Shown piece by piece: positions 19,670 to 30,900 of a DNA stretch of 64,000 nt. The position numbers and the translations under genes are program-made. The stretch is from a virus: the IMG/VR virus record IMGVR_UViG_3300029349_000001, positions 1 to 64,000 of that record; one strand, written 5' to 3'. Each line of letters begins with the position of its first letter. The stretch's first letter is position 1. Under the pieces are notes generated by a model that saw only the letters and a list, made by a program, of their open reading frames with translations, did no database searches and was not told the origin of the DNA.

Positions 19670-20705
19670 TGTACGTATTGTTTTATATCGTATCTTGTCT
19701 GGTTCATTGTTTTTTCATGTAGATGGTCAAACATACGAATTTAGAAAGATTACGAATAAAACCAAATATGAGGCAGAAATTTTATATCGTCAAATTATTA
19801 ATGACGAGAAGTATAACGAATGGATAAGATCAGATAGTGCTGAGCAGATGATGATAAATTTAGGACTATGGACAAAAGACACTAATGATATGCTGAAGAA
19901 ACTAGAGAAGAGCATCGAAAATACTAAAGTAGAATTATTTAGTAATTTTTTATATCCAGAGAAAATTAAGAAAATAAGGAAAAGTCTGGATTCTTACAGA
20001 GCACAGCTAGACAAAGCCCTATCCGCTAAACAAAATTTCATAGTGTCTCATACTCTAGAAGGACATGCCGAAAACATCAAAAATGAATATATGGTGTGTC
20101 AGAGCTTGTACATGGACGACGATAGAGTATTTGATAGTCTAGATAGCATTAATGAAAGTGGTTCATATATGTATTTTAATGCTATAGTATCAGAGATCAA
20201 TAAGCATTCTATTTCTATGTCTCAATATAGAAAAATAGCTCGTAGCGATGAATGGAGATCTTATTGGAGTTGTAACAAAATCAATACATTTGAAGGATGT
20301 GTAGCTAATTGGACCGACGAACAACGTAGTTTAATTAATATCTCTAAAATGTATGATAGCATATATGAACACCCAGAATGTCCCAATGATAAGATTATCG
20401 AAGACGATGACGCATTAGACGGCTGGACAATAGTACAAAAAAGAAAGAACGACAAAAACAAGAATCAACAATCGATAGATGCTATTAATCCTAATTTAAA
20501 GAATGCTCAAGAAGTATTTCTCATGGCACAGAATAAAGAAGAAGTAGATAATATTATAGGACTTAATACTCCCGACGCTTTACATAGAATGAAACAAAAG
20601 AGAGCCGCGATAGATGCTGTTGGTACAATAGATGATATTAATCTGCCCGATGTTCAAGCAGAACTTAGGAACCAGACCAATCAACAAATTAAAAATAGGA
20701 AATAA
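19656..20705 (+). CDS. Putative tail assembly chaperone (paralog of 21011)
   Basis: 349 aa, between tube and TMP genes; shares GLW...H(T/S)xEGxAxN...Y(M/L)V with 21011. Confidence 0.5.
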   Translation: MITDDVRIVLYRILSGSLFFHVDGQTYEFRKITNKTKYEAEILYRQIINDEKYNEWIRSDSAEQMMINLGLWTKDTNDMLKKLEKSIENTKVELFSNFLYPEKIKKIRKSLDSYRAQLDKALSAKQNFIVSHTLEGHAENIKNEYMVCQSLYMDDDRVFDSLDSINESGSYMYFNAIVSEINKHSISMSQYRKIARSDEWRSYWSCNKINTFEGCVANWTDEQRSLINISKMYDSIYEHPECPNDKIIEDDDALDGWTIVQKRKNDKNKNQQSIDAINPNLKNAQEVFLMAQNKEEVDNIIGLNTPDALHRMKQKRAAIDAVGTIDDINLPDVQAELRNQTNQQIKNRK

Positions 20706-20708
20706 CTT

Positions 20709-21014
20709 ATGAGCATGAATAATGATGATATTCTATATAATATCGAAAAACGACTCAAAACAACAATGATAGGATCCATAGCAAAATTTGAAGAATTTTT
20801 TGGACATCTATGGGAGGAAGAAAATCCTAATATAGACCATTATGATAAATTATGGGAACAAGCTAGAACATCCATATTAAATAATGGAAATAATCAAATT
20901 AGACTTGCGCTTAATGAATTGTCTGATTATTTATATAATAGACGAAATTCCACGACCGTAAAACAAAAGTACCACTATAAGTTTAACTTTAGGAACAGAG
21001 GAGATAACGAATGA
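20709..21014 (+). CDS. Hypothetical protein
   Basis: 101 aa, tightly packed, ATGA overlap with the next gene. Confidence 0.7.
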   Translation: MSMNNDDILYNIEKRLKTTMIGSIAKFEEFFGHLWEEENPNIDHYDKLWEQARTSILNNGNNQIRLALNELSDYLYNRRNSTTVKQKYHYKFNFRNRGDNE

Positions 21015-21886
21015 AGACTAAGACTTTTACCGTAAAGCTAGAGGATAAGGACAGAGAGATTCTCGTAAAGACACCATCTTTAAATGATCAGCGAGAAGCT
21101 CAAAAGGTTTATAATCAAGCCTTTACAGACGCTATAAAGAGCAAGAGTGTGGTACGAGCCAAGCTCGATGATCTACTCAAAGATCAAGGACTATGGAGCG
21201 ACGAAAAACAGGCCCAATTTAACCTGCTCCAAAAAGAAATTCTAGACGGAGAAAAAAGACTAGCAAAGGGAGGATTTAGCTTAAATGAGGCTAAAGACCT
21301 AGCTATAGCCATAAAGGCCAAGAGAGATGAGATTAGAGATCTAATCAGTGTTAGAACATCTCTAGATAATCATAGTGCAGAAGGACAGGCCGATAATGCT
21401 AGATTTAATTACTTAGTATCGGTATGTGTGGTGTATAATGATTCAAAGGAACCTGTTTTTAAGGACATGGAAGATTATTTGAACAGATCGACAGAAGAAG
21501 TTTCACTATTGGGCGCTCAAAATTTGGCTAATATGCTTTATGGATTGGATAATGACTATGAAAGTAATTTACCAGAAAATAAGTTTCTTAAAAAATATAA
21601 GTTTGTTGACAATCAATTAAGACTTGTAGACAAGAAGGGTAGGCTGATAGACGCCGACGGTAGATTAATTGATGCCGATAACAGATTTATAGACGAAGAG
21701 GGTAACTTTGTAGATAAGTTTGGAAATAGGGTAGACAAAAATGGAGATTACGTTGTTGAGCCAGAGCCATTTTTGGATGAAAACGGAAAACCAATTATTT
21801 TAGATGAACCAAAAAATGAAACACCAACCACTCCATCACCAGAACCAGAGTCTACGGCTGTTTCAGAAGAAAAGTCGTCTCAGTAA
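21011..21886 (+). CDS. Putative tail assembly chaperone with 7-aa (I/V)DxxG repeats
   Basis: 291 aa, directly upstream of the TMP gene; GAGGAG RBS. Confidence 0.55.
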   Translation: MKTKTFTVKLEDKDREILVKTPSLNDQREAQKVYNQAFTDAIKSKSVVRAKLDDLLKDQGLWSDEKQAQFNLLQKEILDGEKRLAKGGFSLNEAKDLAIAIKAKRDEIRDLISVRTSLDNHSAEGQADNARFNYLVSVCVVYNDSKEPVFKDMEDYLNRSTEEVSLLGAQNLANMLYGLDNDYESNLPENKFLKKYKFVDNQLRLVDKKGRLIDADGRLIDADNRFIDEEGNFVDKFGNRVDKNGDYVVEPEPFLDENGKPIILDEPKNETPTTPSPEPESTAVSEEKSSQ

Positions 21887-21916
21887 TTACACATTAAACA
21901 TTTTATATGTTACTTT

Positions 21917-21957
21917 AATCCCTAGTCTATGTAACTATAGATTAGGGATTATTTTTT
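21917..21957 (+). terminator. Rho-independent terminator-like hairpin just upstream of the TMP gene
   Basis: aatccctagtctat-gtaact-atagattagggatt (14-bp stem with one G-U pair) followed by ATTTTTT. Confidence 0.75.
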
Positions 21958-21972
21958 AATAATAGGATTTAA

Positions 21973-24900
21973 ATGTCTACAGCTTTTAATTTAACAGCAC
22001 AGCTGAATCTTAGAGGACCAACCAATGTCAGGAATATTGTTTCTGGCATTAGAAGGCAATTAGGTAATATTACAGCAGACGTAAATCTAAGAATAGACCC
22101 TGCTGCTACTAGAAATCTAACCCAACTTAATACAGCTTTAACAAACTTTAACGCAACCCTTAGAACCACACAAACAAATGCCGCTAATACAGCGAATGCT
22201 CTAAGAGGTTTGGCCAATGCTATTAATGGAATAAATGCTAACAATCTACCAAGAAACATGACCAACATCGCCACTGCATCAAATAGAGCAGCACAGGCTA
22301 CTGGTCGAGTAACACAACAGGTAGGAGAAGCTCGTAATCAGATGGAAGAATTCGGTAGACAGTCTGCTCTAGCTGTTCGTCGTTTTGCTGCTTTTAGTAT
22401 TTCTGCCGGTATCATTGTTGGTTTTACAAATGCTATTAATAAGGGTGTTAGAGCTTTCGTTGAGTTTGATAAAGAATTAGTTAAATTACAGCAAGTTACT
22501 GGTGAATCTGCAAAGGGATTATCTGGTCTTCAGAAAACTATTGCGAATTTAGCTTCTGGTTTAGGTGTTAGTTCTTCCGAATTAATTAATGTTTCATCAA
22601 CATTAGCACAGGCTGGTTTGAGTGCTAGAGATACTGAAAAAGCTCTTAAGGCATTAGCACTAAGTTCTTTGGCTCCGTCATTCGATGATATGAATAAGAC
22701 GGTAGAAGGTAGTATCGCATTGATGAGGCAGTTCGGCATTAGTGCCGGTCAACTAGATCAAGCTCTTGGTTCTGTTAATGCTGTTGCTGCGAAGTTTGCC
22801 GTCGAAGCTAGTGATATTATTGCTGCTATTCAGCGTACTGGTGGTGTGTTCGCTGCTGCTAGTAAGGGAGTTAGTGAAGGCACCGATGCACTCAATGAGT
22901 TTATTGCTGTTTTTACCAGTATCCGAGCCACTACTCGTGAAAGCGCAGAAACTATCGCAACCGGTTTGCGTACTATTTTTACTCGTGTACAAAGAGGAGA
23001 AACCATAGAGGCTCTTAAGCAATATGGTGTTAATCTTACTGATTTAGAAGGCAAATTCGTTGGAGCTTATAAGGCAGTGGAACTTTTATCTAGAGGTCTT
23101 GGTCAGATTGATCCAAGAGATCTAAGATTCTCTCAAATTGTAGAAGAACTTGGTGGATTCCGACAGATCGGTAAAGTTATTCCACTTATTCAACAATTTG
23201 CTACAGCACAACAAGCATTAGCAGTTGCTCAACGTGGTCAAGGTTCTCTAGCAGAAGATGCTGCTATCGCCCAATTATCTCTTGCTAATCAGATAGCTAA
23301 AGTTAGAGAAGAATTTTTAACTCTTATTCGTGATATTGGTGGAACAGATACCTTTCAGACTATTGCTAAAAGCGCTTTAGGTTTAGCTAGTGCGTTAATC
23401 AAAGTAGCAGATAGTGTTAAGGGGGTATTACCAGTACTTGGTGTGGTTATGGCCATACGAGGTACTGCTGCCTTATCCAGTTATGCTAGAGGTTTTGCTG
23501 GTGGTATGGGTAATATGAGAGGTGGACGCAGAGCAGCGAGTGGGGGTTATATTAAATATGCTGCCGGTGGACAGGTGCCTGTGGCTTTAATGCCCGGTGA
23601 GGCTGTCATATATCCAGAAGCAGCAAAGCGTATTGGCACACCAACTCTACGTCGCATGAATTATGCTGATAAGAAGATGGCTAAGGGTGGTAAAGTAGGC
23701 ATGGTTCCAGGCACCGGCAATAGTGATAGTTTTTATACATCTTTGCCAGCTGGAAGCTTTGTAATTAGGAAGAAAGCTACCCAAGCTATGGGCGCTGGTA
23801 GAATTAATGATATAGCGTCTGGTAGACAAAAATTTGCAGTAGGAGGCGAAGCAAAATGGAGGGACGTAGAAGCCCAGATGAGAGGCGGTAGAGGACGACC
23901 AAGCAAAAATACTACTACAGTAGGAGAAGCTGTTGATAAGGTATCGTCTAAAGAATACAACAATAGAAAAGGCAGATTTAAGTCTGATTTTCCTTTTATC
24001 ATTAGAGGATTAAATAGAGCAGGAACTAAAGCTCAAATTAATGAAGAAGCAATATTAGATAAATATCTTAAAAAAGGAGTCAATGATCTTTCTAAAGCTA
24101 TTGTTAATCAAACACAAGGAAATATAACTGTTCCTTCTAGTGATATTGATATTCAAAATAAAGAAAGTATTTATGGAGGACTATTTGAAACCGCTTTATT
24201 AAAGATTAGTAAAAGATCAGCAGATAAAAAAGACAATAGTCAAAACTTTGACTTTCCAAGAGGTATAGGACCGATCTTGTCTAATATCTTTAGTGGTATG
24301 CCTCCTAGTATATCTACCGACGTTAAAAGAACAGCAGCAGCCAATGCTGGTATGAAATCTAATATAGCTAATAAATTAGCGAATGAAATGGCTTCCAATA
24401 GACTACCCAAACAGCCCATGCCGGTCGGAGTAGTATCTTTAAGCCCAATGGACTCTGCTATAGTTTCTAAAATTTCAGGAGCAGAAGTAAACAAGTTATT
24501 AAATACTAAGCTAAAACAAAAAAGTAAAAGTCAAAGAAGAGCTATTGGTGGACTTATTCAAAAGTTCGCCAAGGGAGGACTAGCAACTAGAAATGTCGGA
24601 TATATTGATAGTGATGAAATAACACAGCTATTAAAAGATAGTGTTAAAGGTCCGCTCATTAAGGCCGAAATGGATAGGCTAGGAATCAAAGGAGTAACAG
24701 AGTATAAAGAACACCTCGCCAACTTAGCAGCGACCAGAAGAAACGACGGAAGTCTCAAGAGATTAACGAATATCTTTGGTGTTGCTGGATCTGGCAAGAG
24801 CACAATGCTCCAAGGTGGATCAAGAGCCGCCGAAGCAGACAACGCCAGACTACGCAAAACCAATAGATATCCAGTATTAACAGAGCAAGATATATTGCGT

Positions 24901-27900
24901 TCAGATCAAATTGTTGACTCTACATCAGTAGCCGGTCCTACTCAAAGAACAGCATTAAGTTCTGCTGATAGAGTAATAGCTTTATCATCTAGAACTAAAG
25001 AATCGCAAGAAGCACTAAAGAAGAATAGAAAATCTAGAGATACTAGTGGTAGAAATTTATTTGGTAGAAGACCAGGATCTACCAAAAGCGCCCCATTAGA
25101 TAGTGGTATGGGAGAGGCATATATCGCCGCTAGTGGTGTTTCTGGTGTTGATCCTAAAAAAGTTGTTACAATGAAGTTGGGTGAAAAGTTTAGAAAGACC
25201 AGAACATCACAACCAACAGTAAGAACTCCAGATAAAACTGGTTTATTTTATGGTAATTTTGGACCCACAACAAAAGGCCACACTAGTGTCGTAAAAGAAG
25301 CAGAAAAAATGGGTATTCCTGCTAAAGACTTTGTTGCTTTAGTAGGTGGTGATACTCCTATAGATTATACAGATAAAGATCCTCATAGTAGACGTACTGC
25401 TATCTTCCCACAGAAAAGTTCTGATCAACTACCGTCACGACTAGGTATGGCTAGAGCAGCTTTTGGCGCTATGGGAGCCAACGTATCCGCCATGCCCAAA
25501 GGAAGCGGCCCAGGAAGTATTCCGTCTGCATTTAAAGTAGGAGAAGATAGTTATATTGTACCTAGAGGCAAGGGAGATATAGCATTTGTAGGTGACGAGA
25601 AAGAGTCTGGGTCTTTATCTAAATATGAAAAACTAGGATATGGCGTTAAATCTCTTCCAAGATCTGGCGGTATCAGTGGCACTAAAGCTAGAGAAGCCAT
25701 AGCAGCTAATGATATTCCAGCCTTGAAAAAGTTGCTAAGTCCAGCCGGATTCGAGTATGTGCAAAAACATATGGCTACTCTTCAACAGCGTCCTAAGTTG
25801 CTAGACGCTATCTTATCCAAGATTGAGAGAAATAGCGCATCTGGCAAAGGTACAGCAGGCAGACTATCACAGATTAAATCTCAGTTAGCAGACTTACCAT
25901 CTAGAGTTAGTAAAACTACACCAGCAGATGTTGTAGCAAAAATAGAGTCTTTAAGAAAAGAAAGAGATTCATTATCTAGTAAAGTTGGCAGATTACCATC
26001 TAAATTAATGTCTAGATTAGAACAAAGACAAAAATTTGCTGTTGGTGATGAAGTCAAGAAAAGAAAAATCAAAAAGATTAACCCAAATGACTACTCACAA
26101 AGTATTCAAAATCTACAGAATGATCCTAACAGTATTCTAAGACAGCAGGCTGTTGGTGTTGCTATTCTTCAGGGACCAAAGAAAGGTGTTGCAGATTCTG
26201 CTGTTAGTAAAAAGTCTATTATACAATCTGTTGGCAAACAATACAGCGATTTATTAGGTTCTGCTGTGTCCGGTGGTAGTATTGGTATTCAGAGAGAAGC
26301 CTTAAAGCCACAAGTATACAAAGACTTCAATGAAGGTATCGAAAATGGCCTAGTACAAGCCGTTAATACTGCTGTTGGTACCATTTCTAGTAAATATCCA
26401 GAACTACCCACTCCGGCAATCAACGGAGAAGAAGAAAGAAGAAAATATTTAAAGGGTGTTAATGATGCTGCTAAAGGCAATATGTTCGAAGAAATGCTAA
26501 CAAGCATGAGGAACAAAGGACAGTATGATGCCAACCCAGATCCACAAAGATCTTTTGACTTTGCACCAAATAAAGGCTCCGCTTTTGGATTGTCTAATAT
26601 ATTCGATAAAATTTCTTCTCTTTTATATGTAGACGCTAAGGCTAGCAATCCTTCTGATGCTGCTATTTCTAAGAAAATTGCGAACCAAACTCTTAGAGAT
26701 TTAGGGGTTATTAAGGGTAGAAAATCTAAGGATGTTCCAGATCAAGGTTCTATGGAGAGAGATATTAGTAAGAGGTTGCAGTCTGTTACTGAAGATTCTC
26801 CGTTATCATTACAAGATTTACAAAAAGAATTACCCAATGCTAAACTAAAAATGACCAACTCTATTGCCAAGAGTATGGGTCTTGTGGTTGATAGGGCCGG
26901 AGGTAAAACCAATTTTATTAGACCTAGAGTCGGACAACCTAGAAGACTAGCTAGAGGTGGTTTCGCTAATAGATTAGCGGTATCTGATCACGATATGACC
27001 GGAGCTGTGACAGCAGGAAAAGAAACTCCCAGTTTGTCACAATTTAAAGATCCCAAACTAGCAGTTCCAGATATAATGTCTGGTAGTCCAACTAAATTAA
27101 TAGGACTTCTTAAGCAATATGGAGCTACCCAGATACTTACTGCTAGAAGCGGCGGCCCTAAAGGAGAGATGAGAGATGCTCTTAAGAGATTTTATAACAA
27201 AAATGGTTTATTAATTCCAGACTCTAGAATAACTACATTAGGAGATCAGATCAATGATATTCCTACTCCAGAAAGAAAAGCACGAGCTTTATTTGATTTA
27301 GTTAAAAAATATGGTAAAGTAGATTTTTTTGATGATGATCCTAGAAATATAGAAGCTGCTAAAGACGTTAAGGGAGTAAATGCTAGAAGAGTTAAGGTTA
27401 GAAAAGCTTCTGGCGGATCAATTCCTTCCTCAATAGACAACTCATTGTCTCTTAATAGATCTGCTAAAGATAAAAGATTGGATTCTAAAAAATTAGCAGC
27501 TTTTCTTGGCGCTAAAACCACAACTTCTACTAAGCAACAAGAACTAGCAGAACGATTAAAAGACCTTGGTGTATCAGCTCCCTCTAAACCAAATTATGAA
27601 GAATTACTAAAAGGCCTAAAAGGATATGCAAAAGGAGGAGAAGTACCAATAGTTGCTCAAGAGGGAGAATATGTTATTAACAGGAAATCTGCAAAGGCTA
27701 TAGGATATGGTAATTTACATGCTTTAAATAAATATCATACTGGTGGAATAGTACAAAAATTTGGCGCCGGAGGACCGCTGGACTCCGCTATGGCCTCAAT
27801 GTCTGCCAAAGATGCTGCTAAGCTAAAGGTTTCTATTAGTAAAAATGCTAAAGCCTTTGATCAGTTAGAGAAAGGCGTTAAGGGTTGGCCAATAGACGCG

Positions 27901-30900
27901 GTACAAGCAGCTATGAAAAAACTAGCAAGAACACTAGAACGAGGAGACAAAACCTTTAAGTTTGATAATAAGAACTATAATAAAAACAATCCCGCAACAA
28001 GACAAAACAAAAAAGAAAGAGTCGGACTAAAGGGCAAGCCAGCCGGTACAGGAACATCAAAAGCTTCTACCAATGAAGCCAATTTTGAAGCAAATAAAGT
28101 AAAAATGATTGCTGATTTACAAAAATATGAAAAAGCACAATACGACAAAGAGAGAAAAAAGGGAAAAACAGCACAAGAAGCCAGAGAGTCGTCTAAAGCA
28201 GCAGCAATAGCTCGCACAAAACAAATAGCACAACCAATGTCTAAACAACAAGAAAGAGCGGTTACTGCACAAGCTATTCGTAAAGCTAGAGCATCTGGAG
28301 CAAATAATCAGGATGCAAAAAGATCAGGGCAAAATGCTTTAAATAATGCTAGAGCAAAACAACAAGCACAATCTCAAGGAGCTGCGATATTCAATACCGC
28401 CTCGGTGACCGGAGATAAAACGTCTTTAAGAAACGCCCTCGGTGGATACAACCCAGCTTCTGCCGCTAGAGCCGGAGGAGGAACCAGAACAGGCGGCGGA
28501 GGAGGAACAGGAGCAGGTGGTGGAGGATCATCTAGACGAAGAAGATCGTCTGGAGGAGGTCAGCAACCAGATAGGGATAATAATGGTCGTATAATGGGTA
28601 TGGGAAGATTAACTCAAGCTGGTTTTGGTATTAGCATGATGGGCGGTCTTGGTAGTCAGTTCTTTAATCCAGAATCTAGCGCATCAAATGCTGCGAATGC
28701 TGCTTTTACAGAAAGTTTTACTAGTACTATTGGTATGGGAGCGACCGTTGCTGGTAGTATAGGAGACTTGCTTAGTGGTAGTGGAGAAGATAACAACAGA
28801 AGAAGACCATCCAGAAATTCTCGCAACAGAGGAACATCAACTAGAACGAGACCACAAGCTTCTCCGTCGAGTCGAGGAAACAGTAGAAGCAGCGGCCCAA
28901 GGGTATCGTCTGGCAGCTCCGGTAGTGGCGACGGTAGTGGCTCAGGCATGGGAGTACTGGGAGGACTTGGTGCCGTACTGGGAGTTGTTGCAGTAGGAGG
29001 ACTTGCTTTAGCGGAGGGGTTGAAGGCCGCTCACAATGCTGCTAGAGAATTCACTATCAACCTAGCTAATAATAAACTACAAGAGTCATTAGAAAAAGCG
29101 AATAAGTCTGTAGAAAAATTTAGTAATAATCTCAAAGACCGAACAGCAGAGACCCAAGCGAAACGAGATACTCTAGATGTCGTTAAGGCTACCGATGCTT
29201 TAGACGCAGCTTCTTCAAAACCAGAAGCAGGATTATTTAATCTTGGAGATGCTATGTCCGGAGATAAGGGCAGTTTTGAGCGTAGTCAAATTCTTAATAA
29301 GAGGGGCATATCCGCATATCTTAGCACAACTAATATGTTTGGGGGAGAGAACGCAGCAAAAAATCAAGCTGCTCAATTTTCGACACTAATTCCACAGCTA
29401 GCATCTGAAAAATCCAAAAGATACACAGGAGCAGCAGAATCCTCCACTTCGTTCCTAGAATCAAAATTCCGTTCTGGCTCTAGTATAGACGAGATGAAGA
29501 AAGATAAAGACCAGTTTAGTAATCTCACAAAAAGCCTAGCATTAGCGGATGCTGCGATTCAACAACAGATTATGACTGTTGAAAATTCTACCACACTCAA
29601 TGATGCACAAAAGGCTACCCTTAAAAATAGTATCATAGCTACCAATGCTGAAACCAAAGCTAGAGAAATACAGACTAAAGTATTGAGAGAAATGGCTCTT
29701 GAAAGTCTTAATAAGACTACAATAATTTTACAAAATAGTCTCGAAAGAATGTTCCAGAACATGGAGCAAGCTATTGCTTCTAATGCATATGCATTGGATA
29801 AACTTACTGCTAGCGCAGACCTAGCATCCGCTTCCTTGTCCGGTTCTGCTAAAGTAGGATCGGTAAAACTAGATAGTATTAATACCCTACAGAACCCAAG
29901 GGCAAATAGCGGACAACCTATGAGATCCGCAGCTGATCAAGCAGCATCTATGTTTGGAAATGAAGCCCCGGCTATTAAGTCTATATTACAAGTTGCTTCT
30001 TCTATGGAAGATGCTGTAATGTCTACTATTAACAGTACTCTAAAAAATAATCCTGGTGCTACCAATGAACTTGTTGGTGGGTCTATAGATAAATCTATAT
30101 TTAAAGTATTAACCGATCTTAAATTACCTCCTGACTTGAGTTCCAAGCTATCTAGTGAAGTTGGTTTAGCTATTAAAGATATGAGAAAGTCTGGTGAAGA
30201 CAAGGTAGATTTTAGTCAGCTAGTTGAAAAAATACCACAACTCGGCAGAGTACTAGATAGTGCAAAAAGAGCGCAAGAAGTCGCTATTAAATCACTAGAA
30301 AATTGGCAAAATGCTTTAAATGAATATGCTAATACGACTAATCAATTAATTGATATACAAATAGATAGTAATCAAAAACTTAGAAGAGCTACAGATATAC
30401 TAATCGGTGGTCAAAATGAATTAGCTAATGCTTTTGGTAAATCGGCTTCATTACAAAGCGCTGTAAATAACTCCAAAGCCAAAACAGCTTCCCAAACAGG
30501 AGGACCAACCGACCCATCAGACATCCGTAGAAATATACAAAGTCTTGAATTAACAAGACAATCAGAGCAGGCTAGGTCAGATACTGCATCCCAAAAGGGT
30601 TTTGGTGGTAAAGATGAATTCATGATGATGCAAGAAAGGCTAAAAAATACTAGTGTTGCATTAAGAGAAAATTATGATGCTCTTAAGAACATGGCGGACA
30701 ACACAGATGTTGCCAGCGCCGCCCTAAATAAAATTTCTGAAATTAGACAACAAAGACAGGCGGGAGTCGGTTTTGCTGAAAAGCTAGTATCCAGTACTCC
30801 CAAAGAATTAGCAAATCTTAATATGTCAATGGCCAGACTGCAAAACAACATGGCTGGTGGAATGAATATGTCCAATGCTAGCCAAAGAGCTGGCGACCTA

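Noticed and set aside
21430-21440. GGTGTATAAT inside the 21011 coding sequence as a TMP promoter
   Set aside because: It is intragenic, about 540 bp from the TMP start and upstream of the terminator, so it cannot be told from a chance match.
21011-21972. Programmed -1 frameshift extending the chaperone gene before the TMP
   Set aside because: Only 86 bp, containing a terminator hairpin, separate it from the TMP gene; no downstream overlapping ORF is apparent.
23530-27780. Intein or homing endonuclease explaining the TMP insert
   Set aside because: I could not recognise intein splice-junction blocks or LAGLIDADG/HNH motifs; the inserts are bounded by GG motifs instead.
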